A DNA stretch of 44,323 nucleotides from positions 1 to 44,323 of the IMG/VR virus record IMGVR_UViG_3300044796_000650; one strand, given 5' to 3'. Of this stretch, positions 10,021-19,220 are shown in pieces. Numbering within the stretch: the stretch's first letter is position 1; each line of letters opens with the position of its first letter. Both the position numbers and the translations under genes were made by a program. The DNA is from a virus. Its lineage: Duplodnaviria > Caudoviricetes. The notes under the pieces are model-generated. The model was not told where the DNA came from and searched no databases. It was given only the letters and a program-made list of their open reading frames with translations.

Positions 10021-10515
10021 TTAGGTTTGGTTGATTTGGAGGACTGCGTTGAAAACGACATCGGCGATGCGGAGAAATTTTCCGTCGTAGGGCATGCCCG
10101 CGGCAGAAGCGGTGCCCTCGATCATCTCGACGGGACGGCGCGCGATCTGCAGCGGGTGCGCGAGCATTCCGGCGAGCGGCGAGTCATTGGTCTTCGGCTG
10201 CCAGTGCAGCGCGAGCGCGACGGCATCAATCAGCTCGTAGCTGTCCGCGCCGGTGGTGTTCATCTGCGGCAGCTCAATGATTCGCACGCGCACCTCGTAT
10301 CCGTCGAAGAACACGAACGGGACGCCCTGCAGCGCGCTCGTCGGCACCGGAGGCATGACGAAGATGCAGAGCCCGTTCGTCACCGCGGCACCGGCATCGA
10401 GGTCGCTGGCCATTTCCTTTTCGCGACGCTTGATCACCGGCGCATTGACCGGCAGCGCGCCGGGCGCTTCGAGCAGCGCGGCGATGGCGGACTGGATGTC
10501 GGCGGAGGCGCTCAT
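10021..10515 (-). CDS. Putative tail terminator/completion protein (Mu gp37-like position)
   Basis: 164 aa, IQSAIAALL...YELIDAVALALHW pattern; synteny. Confidence 0.5.
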   Translation of the reverse strand: MSASADIQSAIAALLEAPGALPVNAPVIKRREKEMASDLDAGAAVTNGLCIFVMPPVPTSALQGVPFVFFDGYEVRVRIIELPQMNTTGADSYELIDAVALALHWQPKTNDSPLAGMLAHPLQIARRPVEMIEGTASAAGMPYDGKFLRIADVVFNAVLQINQT

Positions 10516-10533
10516 GTCGCGGGGATGTTACGG

Positions 10534-12270
10534 TCAGTTGTTCGGCAGCAGTCGCGCGGCGAGCGCGGCTTCGAGGGCCTGCAATTTCAACGTGAGGTCC
10601 GCGACCTGCACGGAGAGCACGTTCATCGCGGCGGCGGTCTGCGGATACGCCGCAGTGAACGAGCCCATGTCAGTGGCCGTGAAATCGACGGTGTTCTCCG
10701 CGTAGTTTGCGACGGCCTTGGTCTTGTCGCCCGCGCTGGCATTCGCCGTCCACCCGCTGTCGGAGCCGATGCCCTGCGGGATCACGGTGACCGCGTAGGA
10801 TGCCGCCCATGCGCCGGTTTTTCCCGCAAGGAATGTCACCGTGGGATAAGCAACACCGCTCCCTGCACCGAGCGTGACGACGGTGAAAAGACTCACGTTG
10901 CCGGTCGGGTCCACCATGCAAATGACGCTGCCGACCTGAAGGCCGGTCAGAAGATTAACAGGCACCGAGGTCGCGTCGAAATAGAACTGGGTCGTGGATG
11001 CGATGTCAGTGTCCGAGCTGGTGCCTGAATCCATCGCAAAAAAATGGTTTGCAGACGGCTGAGGGGGTGAATACGCCGCCCACGCGTAAGTGGGAGCCTG
11101 CACGCCCGCGCCGCCGCCGCCCGCGGGCGTGGAGTACGCGCCCGTGCCGTCGAGATACTTCGTTGCGTCGTTCGGGGCCTTCGGAGCGAAGCCGTGCGCC
11201 GTGGCGGAGACGTTGCCGGTCGTATTGTCCGCCAGCACGAGATTGGCCTCGGTGATGGTGGTGGCTGCGATCATCGTGCCGGTCACAGTGCCGGTGTCGT
11301 TCGTGGTGACGAATGAGCCTCCGGCCACGTCCGGCCAGTAGTAGGTCCGGGACGCGGTGAGGTTCACGCTGGAGAGTTTCACGATGTGGCCCGCCTCATC
11401 CTGGATGGCCGTGAGCTTCACGCCGGCTCCGTAGAGATTCACGGTGCCGGCGGCGGGATTGCTCGTCGGCGCGCTCTGTCCGCCGAGCGAAAGGTAATTG
11501 CTCCCCGCCGCCGCGGGAATCGAGAGCGTCGTCACTCCGAGCGCGCCAGCGTTGCCGCCGAAGAGCACGACGCCGCCCGTCGCATTCGGAGCCGCCGCGA
11601 GCGCCGTGCCGACGCCGCTGCCAAGTCCGGTGAGGCCGGTGCTGATCGGCAGGCCCGTGCCGTTCGTGAGCAGCAGCGAAGACGGCGTGCCTCCCGCGCC
11701 GTTGAAAAGCACCGGCGCGCCCGCGCTGCCGATGTTCACGGCGAGCGCGGTGGCGACGCCCGTGCCGTAAGCAATCGCGCTCGTGTAGGCTGCGCTTCCC
11801 AGCGTGCCGCCCGCGCCGATGTTCAGCGTGCTCCCGTCGGTGCCGGTGAGCGTGAGCGTCGCACTGGCGGTGAATGTCTTCGCGTTCGCGATGGCGAGCG
11901 TGCCGCTGTTTGCCGTGATGGTCATTCCATTGTAGGTCTTCCCGGTCAGCGCACTCGCGATGTAGCTGTCCGCGATCGGCGTCGCCTGCCACGTGCCGTG
12001 CCCGACCGCGCCGAGCCACGTGATGTTCGTGGTGCCCGCCCACGTCGAGAGCGCGGTGTTTTCCACGTTGCCGAGCATGAGGTCCGCGGCGGTGACGGTA
12101 ACGTTGCCGGTGAGCGCGTGGCCGTTGATCGTGAGCGCGGACGATACCGGAGCGTGCGTGACCGTGGGCGGATCGGCTAGGACCGAGGCAGTGAAGGCGA
12201 TGGCAAGCGCGAGGGCCGCGCAGACGAGGGCGGCGTAAAAAGCGAGGCTGATGGTGCGGATGTTTTTCAT
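10534..12270 (-). CDS. Fibre-like virion protein with signal-peptide-like N-terminus
   Basis: ATG 12270 MKNIRTISLAFYAALVCAALALAIAFTASVLA-DPP; LGNVENT, GTGVATALA, LTNGTGLP fibre-type repeats; C-terminal coiled coil. Confidence 0.65.
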   Translation of the reverse strand: MKNIRTISLAFYAALVCAALALAIAFTASVLADPPTVTHAPVSSALTINGHALTGNVTVTAADLMLGNVENTALSTWAGTTNITWLGAVGHGTWQATPIADSYIASALTGKTYNGMTITANSGTLAIANAKTFTASATLTLTGTDGSTLNIGAGGTLGSAAYTSAIAYGTGVATALAVNIGSAGAPVLFNGAGGTPSSLLLTNGTGLPISTGLTGLGSGVGTALAAAPNATGGVVLFGGNAGALGVTTLSIPAAAGSNYLSLGGQSAPTSNPAAGTVNLYGAGVKLTAIQDEAGHIVKLSSVNLTASRTYYWPDVAGGSFVTTNDTGTVTGTMIAATTITEANLVLADNTTGNVSATAHGFAPKAPNDATKYLDGTGAYSTPAGGGGAGVQAPTYAWAAYSPPQPSANHFFAMDSGTSSDTDIASTTQFYFDATSVPVNLLTGLQVGSVICMVDPTGNVSLFTVVTLGAGSGVAYPTVTFLAGKTGAWAASYAVTVIPQGIGSDSGWTANASAGDKTKAVANYAENTVDFTATDMGSFTAAYPQTAAAMNVLSVQVADLTLKLQALEAALAARLLPNN

Positions 12271-12272
12271 GG

Positions 12273-13070
12273 TCAGGATTGGAATGAACGGAAGAGGCAG
12301 TGCCAGGAGGTGCCGTCGAAGCGGAAGCGGCCATACCAGTAGGCCGCGGCGGCGGGAGCGGGATTCGTGACGCTGGCGAGCAGCGTGCCGCCGCTCGTCG
12401 CATTGTGAATCTCCACCGTGGGATTCGCGCTTGCCGGAAGCTCGACGTTCACCTCCGCAATCGCGCCGGTCTTCTGCGATGCCACCGGCAGCGCGTACGC
12501 CGCAGTGAAGGCGCCCGATCCCGCGCCGGGAAGGATCCGGTTCGCGATGAGGAAAAATCCCGTGGCGGCGAAGAGGGCCGCGCCCACGGCAGCCGCGGGC
12601 GCAAGGTCCGCCTGGTTGCCGGCGGCGATCAGCGCGAGGGTTTCCTCCTCGGTGAAATAGTCCGGGCCGCCCTCGCTGGTGGGATCGGCGGGGATGATGC
12701 GCGACTGCACGGGAACGGTGAACGACGGCGCGACCTGCAGCTCGCCCCCGACAGTCCACGAAACCTCACAGTTGTAATTGACGGTTCCAGCCCCCGCCAT
12801 TGCCGCGACCAGGCGCGTGTCGTTCGCGTTGAGAACGCCGGTGAAGGTGTACGCATTCTCCGCGTTGAAGGAATTGAGATACGCCTGGAGCACGGGCGGT
12901 GCGGCGTCCGTGCCGAGGCCCAACTCGAAGGCTGGTGAATCGCCCGGCGACGTGGGGGTGCCGCTGCGGACCGTGTTGATCGTCACCGGCACCTGCGCGC
13001 CGGCCTTGATGGTGTTGGCCGCGGCGAGCTTCGCCAGGCCGGTGTCGAGATCGAGGGTGATGTTGAGCAT
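12273..13070 (-). CDS. Hypothetical virion protein
   Basis: 265-aa ORF in structural operon, beta-rich. Confidence 0.55.
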   Translation of the reverse strand: MLNITLDLDTGLAKLAAANTIKAGAQVPVTINTVRSGTPTSPGDSPAFELGLGTDAAPPVLQAYLNSFNAENAYTFTGVLNANDTRLVAAMAGAGTVNYNCEVSWTVGGELQVAPSFTVPVQSRIIPADPTSEGGPDYFTEEETLALIAAGNQADLAPAAAVGAALFAATGFFLIANRILPGAGSGAFTAAYALPVASQKTGAIAEVNVELPASANPTVEIHNATSGGTLLASVTNPAPAAAAYWYGRFRFDGTSWHCLFRSFQS

Positions 13071-13072
13071 GG

Positions 13073-13675
13073 TCAGTTCGCGGGAAGGCTGCGGATGTAA
13101 TTGAGGGCGCCGCGGGCGGCGGACTTCTGCCAGTCGCTATCCGATGGCAGCAGCGCGCGGTCCTGCGACTGCGTGAGGCTCCGCTTCAGCACCCACAGCA
13201 TTTCGATTTTCCCGCCGTCGCGCCGGGCGACATAGAGCTGGTTCTTCGCCTTGTCCGCAGTGATGAAGAGGCCCCACTCCTCCCAGCAATCGCGCGGCGA
13301 GTGGCCGAGCGCGATATTTGCGATCGGGATCGCGAGATACTTCGCGGTGAGAGGCCGGACCACAATGGACTGGAAGGCGCGTTTGACGCCGGGAAAGCTC
13401 AGCGTGAGCGTCGCGGCATTCACATCACTCGCGAGCGCGGCGGGCGACTCGATTTGCAGGGACGCCTGCTGGAAAAATCCTGTGGGCGCGGCTCCGAGCT
13501 TCGAGAGCAGCGAGCCGTCCTTGCGATGCAAGCCGCCGACGTGCGCAGCCGTGTCGATCTGCACCTCGGTGCCCATCGCCGCGTGCAGGCTGATGCGGCC
13601 CTGCCCGTCGAGTGCGCGCGTGAGCTTCGCCATCGGGCCGTTCGGATTGGTGATGAGCGTGACGCGGACGTTCAT
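13073..13675 (-). CDS. Virion morphogenesis/neck protein (Mu G-like)
   Basis: Follows MuF with ATGA overlap; VRPLTAKYLAIP and RALLPS motifs typical of this family. Confidence 0.6.
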   Translation of the reverse strand: MNVRVTLITNPNGPMAKLTRALDGQGRISLHAAMGTEVQIDTAAHVGGLHRKDGSLLSKLGAAPTGFFQQASLQIESPAALASDVNAATLTLSFPGVKRAFQSIVVRPLTAKYLAIPIANIALGHSPRDCWEEWGLFITADKAKNQLYVARRDGGKIEMLWVLKRSLTQSQDRALLPSDSDWQKSAARGALNYIRSLPAN

Positions 13676-14922
13676 GCTGCGAGCGCCTCCAGTTCACGTT
13701 CCAGTTCGGCGCGGAAATCAGGCCCGAGCCTTTGGAGAGTTTGCTGCACTTCCTTGTCGCCGGGCGTTAGCGATGCTTCGGTGCGCCGGGGCGATTCGTC
13801 GCCGCTGATGAGTCCCAGCGCGATGCTGCGCTCGCGATTCACCGGCTTCCACGCCATGCCGCTGCGGAAGGCGAAGGGCGGATAGGGATTTCCGAGCGTG
13901 TCCGTGTAGCCGCCCGCGCCGTCGCCGAGCGCCTGCCAAATGGGTGAGTCTTTGAGCGCGATCATGCCCGGCTGTTCGCGCAGCATTTGCGACACGCCCT
14001 CTTCATTCACCGCCTCGGCCGCATCATTCCACCGCCGCGGCCAGCCGATGCTGTGCGAGTCCGGAGAGCCGCGCGGCACGTCGCGATGGAAGGTACGCAC
14101 CAGCTCCCATGCGGGATAGGCGTGCAGCGCGTAGGGCGTGCTGCCCGCGAGATGCTGCGCGTAGCACGAGGCCATGCGGACGTTTGTCTCGATGATGAGG
14201 TCGAGCCGCTGCGTGCTCGACAGATCCTGCAGGCTGTCTTTTTCCGCGGGCGGGATGTTCGCCATGTCGCCGGGGAAGCCGGTCATCGGATCGTAGCCGA
14301 GTTCCTTCAGCTTGCGCAGCAGCTTCCACCGGCCCTGCGCCATGTTCGTGCCGCCCGCGAGGATGTCATCCACGGCGACCGCGACTTCGTTGAGGAAGTC
14401 CGCATTCGTCGCGCGTGCGGAAAAGATCGAGCGGTTCAGCAGCTCGCGCGAAAGGCCGCGCAAGTCCGCACTGCCCATGTCCGTCTCGAAGACTTCGCGC
14501 GAACGCCACTGCTTCAGCGCCGACGTGATGCCCGGCTCTTCGTCCACGGTGATCGCATTCGCCGTGCGCCCGATGGCATCCGGATCCGCGATGCCCGCGG
14601 CCATCGCCCGCGCGAGCGCCGCGCCGAGCAGCGGTGCGCGGTTCGCCTCGCGCATGAGGAATGGGAGCATCTTCCGCAGATGGGCGAGTGCCTCAAGGGC
14701 CAGTCCGGCATCGGACCCGCCGGCGTGCAGCGCCGCTGCAATCGCACTGCGCACGCCCTGCATGTCGTCTTCCCATGCGTCCGCGCACGCGGCGTCCGCG
14801 TCCTTGGCGTTGGCGGTCGCATGGCATCCGGCGAGCAGTTGCACGGCCTCCGCGCGCTGCTCCGGCGTCATCAGCGGCAGTGCGCGGCGTGCGGTGTCCT
14901 CGATGTTGCGAAGCGCGCTCAT
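13672..14922 (-). CDS. MuF-like head morphogenesis protein
   Basis: RLDLIIETNVRMA, YPAWELVR, PYPPFAFRSGM motifs of Mu gp30/F-type proteins. Confidence 0.75.
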   Translation of the reverse strand: MSALRNIEDTARRALPLMTPEQRAEAVQLLAGCHATANAKDADAACADAWEDDMQGVRSAIAAALHAGGSDAGLALEALAHLRKMLPFLMREANRAPLLGAALARAMAAGIADPDAIGRTANAITVDEEPGITSALKQWRSREVFETDMGSADLRGLSRELLNRSIFSARATNADFLNEVAVAVDDILAGGTNMAQGRWKLLRKLKELGYDPMTGFPGDMANIPPAEKDSLQDLSSTQRLDLIIETNVRMASCYAQHLAGSTPYALHAYPAWELVRTFHRDVPRGSPDSHSIGWPRRWNDAAEAVNEEGVSQMLREQPGMIALKDSPIWQALGDGAGGYTDTLGNPYPPFAFRSGMAWKPVNRERSIALGLISGDESPRRTEASLTPGDKEVQQTLQRLGPDFRAELERELEALAA

Positions 14923-15368
14923 AGTCCGCTCGTCCTTTCCCGTCCGGTGAGCCGGCGCGGCACGTTCACTTCGGTGATCTTCATGCCCGTCTCGGCGAAG
15001 CTCTCCACGGTCTCCGGCGTGTCGGCGAGTTCGACCTTCACCTTGTTTTCCGCGATGGTCTGCAGTTCCTTGCGCGCGTCGCGGACTTCATCCGCCATCG
15101 CGGTGGTGAGCGGGATCGGGATGCGTCCCGCGAGCGTGGCGATGGCGATGAGCACGGCGGCATCTTCGAGGCTGCCGGGGATCTTCGTGGCGTCGGCATC
15201 GAGCACGTTGCCCGGCGCGACCGCGCGCCGCACGCGGGCCGTCACCTTCACGATCGCCTGCGCGACGGGATCGATCCCGCCCACCGCCGACGTGCGCGCG
15301 CGATCGATGATCGCGCCGTGCCCGGCGGCCTTCAGGTTGTCAATGGTGAGTGTGATCCAGCGTGACAT
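14919..15368 (-). CDS. Head-tail connector (Mu gp36-like)
   Basis: 149 aa after capsid; MSRWITLT..L..., IPGSLEDAAVLIA...ARKELQTIAENK pattern. Confidence 0.65.
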   Translation of the reverse strand: MSRWITLTIDNLKAAGHGAIIDRARTSAVGGIDPVAQAIVKVTARVRRAVAPGNVLDADATKIPGSLEDAAVLIAIATLAGRIPIPLTTAMADEVRDARKELQTIAENKVKVELADTPETVESFAETGMKITEVNVPRRLTGRERTSGL

Positions 15369-15398
15369 GGTGTGGTGGTGTTTGGCTTTCGCTCACTC

Positions 15399-15428
15399 CC
15401 GCGCACCGTCCCGAAGGGCGATGCGCGG
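15399..15428 (-). terminator. Stem-loop after capsid gene (C-UUCG-G loop; no U-tract)
   Basis: Minus strand ccgcgcatcgccc-TTCG-ggacggtgcgcgg; may be an mRNA stabiliser or weak terminator. Confidence 0.45.
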
Positions 15429-15460
15429 TGTGTGAACGGATGGTGTTCGTGCCGATCCGA

Positions 15461-16489
15461 TTAGCTGGCGGTGACGCTGAGCGTGCGTACGCCGAGCGTG
15501 CTGGCGCACCATTCGGCCTCGTAGCACTCGACGACGATCTCCCACTGCTTGACGGTGAGCTGCCGCACATAGACGGCATAGCGCCCGCCCTGCTGCGTGT
15601 TCGCGATGGCCGTCTTGAAGTTGCTCGGGTCCACCGTGCTCGTCGGAGCGCTGGTGAAGAGGAGCACTTTCGCGCCGGTGATGCGCGTCTTGGTCGTGCC
15701 GCTCTGGTAGCGCGACTCGTCGAGCATCCCGCGAAGGCCCGCGATCTGCGAAGCCTGGACGACCGTCATGGCGCGGCCCGCCACGGCTTTCGCCGCATTG
15801 GTCGCACCGTAGGTCTGGAGGCGCAGGAGCTGCGCGCCAAGGCCCCAGAGGGCGCTGTTCGGCGTGATGCCGCTTGCGTCGCCGGAGATTTGCGTCTGGT
15901 TGGCCAGGTCGTAGTCCGGGTCCGCCACGCCGGCTGCGTCCCAGACGAGCGGTGCATCAGTGGCCGCGGCGATGGCGAGCGCATACTTGCGGCGTGCCGC
16001 ATTGCGCTTCAGCCGCTGCATGAGCATGCCGGTGTAGAACTCCTGCCAGTTCGGCTGATTCTTGATGCGGTCCCAGTCGAGCACGATGCGCAGACCGCGG
16101 TTGGGCACGGTGCCCGTGGCCTTGGACTGCGTGTAGTCCACCGTCTTGAAGTCGGCGTTGATGCCGCGCAGGTCGTCGTCGGCGTTCACGTCGCTGAGGA
16201 ATGCCTCCGCATTCGGATACGTGATGTATTCGTAGCGTTCGCCGGTGCCTGGGACGGCGGGTGCGAGGAATTCGCACAGCGCGTCGAGGTTCGCCGGGTC
16301 GCGCCAGCCGGTGGCGTAGGTGGTGAGCGGCTCGCTGAAGTGCGCCTGCACAAAGAGCGATGCGTTCGCGGTGGTGATGCCCTCGTGCGGGAGATCCTGC
16401 CCGAGGATGAATGGCCGCGGCTGCGCCGTGGCCAGGATGCTTGCGGCGAGCGCCGCGTTGGCCGTGCGGCCGATTTCGAGTGTTTTCAT
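15461..16489 (-). CDS. Major capsid protein
   Basis: 342 aa, downstream of protease/scaffold/decoration and upstream of gp36-like gene; A/C-rich leader and downstream hairpin. Confidence 0.75.
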   Translation of the reverse strand: MKTLEIGRTANAALAASILATAQPRPFILGQDLPHEGITTANASLFVQAHFSEPLTTYATGWRDPANLDALCEFLAPAVPGTGERYEYITYPNAEAFLSDVNADDDLRGINADFKTVDYTQSKATGTVPNRGLRIVLDWDRIKNQPNWQEFYTGMLMQRLKRNAARRKYALAIAAATDAPLVWDAAGVADPDYDLANQTQISGDASGITPNSALWGLGAQLLRLQTYGATNAAKAVAGRAMTVVQASQIAGLRGMLDESRYQSGTTKTRITGAKVLLFTSAPTSTVDPSNFKTAIANTQQGGRYAVYVRQLTVKQWEIVVECYEAEWCASTLGVRTLSVTAS

Positions 16490-16532
16490 GTTCGTGATAA
16501 CGTGTGTGTTTTCGGTTGTGATGCGGGCCGGA

Positions 16533-17198
16533 TTAGCTGCCGAGGACCTTGACCAGTGCGGGCGTCGCGAGTGCGCCGGTGAACGCGGCGTGGTCGGCCT
16601 GGAGCGCGTTGTAGGAAGTCTTCAGCGCATTCGCCAAAGCCTCCGATGTCGTGAGGTCCGTCGCGGCCGTGGTCGCGTTCTGCGAGCTGGTGAGCGCGGC
16701 GATGACGACCAGTTTCACCGGAGGCCCCGTGATGACCTGGACGGTGTAGAGGCTGCTGGCCTCCTGCACCGCGAGTGCGGCGGTGCGGCCCACCAGCCAG
16801 TAGGTGCCGGCGACGGTCGGCTCCGCCTGCACGAAGCCGTTGGCAGCGGTATAGACATCAATGTCCGCCGCGAGCGCCGTGGCGCATCGCAGCCGGCGGC
16901 TGCTGTCGGAGCGGTTCAGCGGATCGACGTGGACGATGTCTTCCGCTGCAAACGGCGAATCCGTCGTGCTGCCGAAGGGCCGGTCGGAGGCACCGGCGAC
17001 GTTGACGTGGAACGCATCGGTGCCCGATTTGCAGAGCAGGTGCGTGTAGGTGAACGCGGCGTCGGCCCGGCGCGTGAACACCTTGTCGGTGCCCGTGGCG
17101 GTCTCGGCGTTCGCGGTGGCGAAGTTCTCGCGCAGTCCGCCGACGAAGAGGCCGGCGAAGGCGAGGAACATGAGCTTCAGAGATTTGAAGTGTTTCAT
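16533..17198 (-). CDS. Head decoration/cement protein with hydrophobic pro-segment
   Basis: ATG 17198; RRADAA...HLL...DRPFG...VYTAANG...VGRTA pattern of capsid cement proteins; precedes capsid. Confidence 0.6.
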   Translation of the reverse strand: MKHFKSLKLMFLAFAGLFVGGLRENFATANAETATGTDKVFTRRADAAFTYTHLLCKSGTDAFHVNVAGASDRPFGSTTDSPFAAEDIVHVDPLNRSDSSRRLRCATALAADIDVYTAANGFVQAEPTVAGTYWLVGRTAALAVQEASSLYTVQVITGPPVKLVVIAALTSSQNATTAATDLTTSEALANALKTSYNALQADHAAFTGALATPALVKVLGS

Positions 17199-17238
17199 TG
17201 TGGTGATTGGTGACTGTTGGCTTGTGACTGGTTGCTGG

Positions 17239-17598
17239 TTACTTTTTCGCCGCGGCGGCCGCGGAGTGGGCCTTCTGCGCGATTGCGGCCTCGACGGCCT
17301 GCTCCGGTGCGAGCCCGGACTGGATGCGCCAGCGGACATCGGCGATGTCCACGGCCGCGCCCTTGCAGAGCAGATCGAGCGTGCTTTCCGGCGCGGGTGC
17401 GGCGGGCGGCGGTGTCGCGAGCTGCTTTTCCAGCGCCGCGATGCGCGCCTTGTCGGCTGCGCTTTCGGCCTTGAGGGTGTCGAGCTGTGCATTCACGGCT
17501 GCGACATCCTCGGTGAGTGTGTTGGCGGTGCAGAAGCCCGCGGGACGCCCGAATACGAGCGACGCGAGGCTGAGCACCACGAGTTTGATTTGTTTCAT
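17239..17598 (-). CDS. Hypothetical head-module protein (coiled coil)
   Basis: 119-aa ORF between scaffold and decoration genes. Confidence 0.6.
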   Translation of the reverse strand: MKQIKLVVLSLASLVFGRPAGFCTANTLTEDVAAVNAQLDTLKAESAADKARIAALEKQLATPPPAAPAPESTLDLLCKGAAVDIADVRWRIQSGLAPEQAVEAAIAQKAHSAAAAAKK

Positions 17599-17637
17599 TG
17601 GTCTGTTTTCGTGTGGTGTTGTTTTGGTTGTGGTTGC

Positions 17638-18249
17638 TCAGGCTTTGGCTTTCGCCGGGTCCTGCATCGCGGCGAAGAGCGCCGAGAAATTGGGGTCCGC
17701 CTTCGCACGGGCGTAGGCGGTGTCGTAGTCGCAGTCGTCGGCCTTCTGGCGCTTGGCGACGGCGTCCTGCAGCGCGCCCTGGCGCGCATTCGCCGTGGAA
17801 AGATCCAGGCGCGTGCCGTTGATCTCGACGGACTGCGTGTTCATCGCGGGCTTGCGCGTCGCGAGTTCCTTCAGCGCGTCGGCGGCGGTGTTGGCCGTGC
17901 TGATGCGCGTCTTGAACGCCTCGCGTTCGGCGGGCGTGATGATGCCGCGCTTCTCGGCGACATCGAGGATGCCGACGGTGATCGCGTCGCGCTCCGCGTT
18001 GAGTGCGGTGTTGGCAGTCTTCAGCGTGTCGCGCTCAGTGGTGATCGCGCCGTGCTGCGTGCGCAGCGTGTCGCGTTCCGTGTTGAGCGTGGAGACGGTG
18101 GAGTTGGCGGTGTTGAGCGCGGCGTCGCGCTCAGCGAGAGTGGCGAGGGCTGCGTTGGCAGTCGTCGCCGCTGTGATGCACGCGGCGGGATCGGCCGTCT
18201 CGGGCAGGCCGAGCGACTTCCGCAGCGCATTGAGTTGTTCCTGATTCAT
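17638..18249 (-). CDS. Scaffold protein (Mu Z-like), internal in-frame start
   Basis: MNQEQLNALRKSLGLPETAD after an A/C-rich leader; coiled-coil repeats; C-terminal YDTAYARA. Confidence 0.65.
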   Translation of the reverse strand: MNQEQLNALRKSLGLPETADPAACITAATTANAALATLAERDAALNTANSTVSTLNTERDTLRTQHGAITTERDTLKTANTALNAERDAITVGILDVAEKRGIITPAEREAFKTRISTANTAADALKELATRKPAMNTQSVEINGTRLDLSTANARQGALQDAVAKRQKADDCDYDTAYARAKADPNFSALFAAMQDPAKAKA

Positions 18250-18957
18250 TGGCTGTGTGTGTTGTTGGTTTTCTTCCGGCGACGTGCCGGGGAGAGTGGG
18301 AGCAATCTCGGATTGCGGATTGCGGATTGCGGAAAGGTCTGCATTCGCGGTCCACGCGGGGACGGTGCGGATGTTCGGCGTGCGCGTGAGCGTGACGCTC
18401 TCGACGTGCTCGGGATAGACGCGGCCGGCGGCGTCGGGGCGGTCGTGCCACCAGTTGATCGAGGGATGGAGCGGGCCGCGCTCGCGGTCGCCGCGGCGCG
18501 CGGAGTCGCTCCACAGCACCTTGCCTTCGATGGCGTTCGCCGTGGCGCGCAGCTCGGTGACTTCGCCGACGATGGGGAGCTTCGACCAGTCGGAGGGATC
18601 GAGGTCCGGGTGGCACGCGCCGGGCGGCGCATCGAAGATCGGCATCGAGAGCGAAGGCTTCAGCCGGTGCCGCACATTCTTGAGCCAGCGGAACGAACGG
18701 CCCGCGATGCTGTTCCAGCTCCGGATCATCGCATCCGCCTGGGACGCGCCGAAGACCTGCACGTAGCGCCCGCCCGGCTCCGGGAATTCGCCAAACGGCG
18801 CGAGCACATGCCAGCCGTCCGCGAGCTGCTCGGGCAGCGCATTCGCCGTGGTCGCACAGTCGAAGACGAGTCCCGCGGGACTCTCCGCGACGGCGGTATT
18901 GGCGGTGCGGAAGATCAGGCCGTCCCACGCGCAGAAATCACTTTTAGCGAGCCGCAT
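17638..18957 (-). CDS. Prohead protease (Mu I-like) fused to scaffold; frame open up to ATG 19224
   Basis: APFGEFP, CHPD (His), HPSINW (Ser), SVTLTRTPNI motifs of Mu I proteases; start uncertain. Confidence 0.75.
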   Translation of the reverse strand: MRLAKSDFCAWDGLIFRTANTAVAESPAGLVFDCATTANALPEQLADGWHVLAPFGEFPEPGGRYVQVFGASQADAMIRSWNSIAGRSFRWLKNVRHRLKPSLSMPIFDAPPGACHPDLDPSDWSKLPIVGEVTELRATANAIEGKVLWSDSARRGDRERGPLHPSINWWHDRPDAAGRVYPEHVESVTLTRTPNIRTVPAWTANADLSAIRNPQSEIAPTLPGTSPEENQQHTQPMNQEQLNALRKSLGLPETADPAACITAATTANAALATLAERDAALNTANSTVSTLNTERDTLRTQHGAITTERDTLKTANTALNAERDAITVGILDVAEKRGIITPAEREAFKTRISTANTAADALKELATRKPAMNTQSVEINGTRLDLSTANARQGALQDAVAKRQKADDCDYDTAYARAKADPNFSALFAAMQDPAKAKA

Positions 18958-18978
18958 TAACTGCGAGTCTTCGGGACC

Positions 18979-19179
18979 ATGAACCGCACCGAAATTTCCA
19001 TCAAAGCATCGAACATCGCTGGGGCCCTTTGGGATGACCGGCAAAAGACCGGCAGCCTTGCCGAGCAATTGCGCGCCGTGGCCAGCGAGCCTGCGCATGG
19101 CACCGATGGTGATCTTAACGCAGAAGACAGAGCGGCGCTGCAATCCCTCGCCACTACCGCCGAAGAGGCTGGGCTGTAA
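18979..19179 (+). CDS. Small hypothetical protein antisense to late operon
   Basis: 66-aa ORF with natural helical composition in the lower-GC patch after the portal-ART gene. Confidence 0.45.
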   Translation: MNRTEISIKASNIAGALWDDRQKTGSLAEQLRAVASEPAHGTDGDLNAEDRAALQSLATTAEEAGL

Positions 19180-19220
19180 GCCGTGGTCGTTGTCCGTGCG
19201 GGAAATGGAATCAGGTGGGT

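Noticed and set aside
2136-12270. Five TAN tripeptides in tail/fibre proteins
   Set aside because: These proteins are T/A/N-rich and the sites are mostly not at domain borders; excluded from the cleavage-motif count
18310-18330. GGATTGC x3 heptamer in the protease-scaffold linker, and degenerate heptamers at 17201-17240
   Set aside because: Short tandem repeats in flexible linker or intergenic DNA; no further structure
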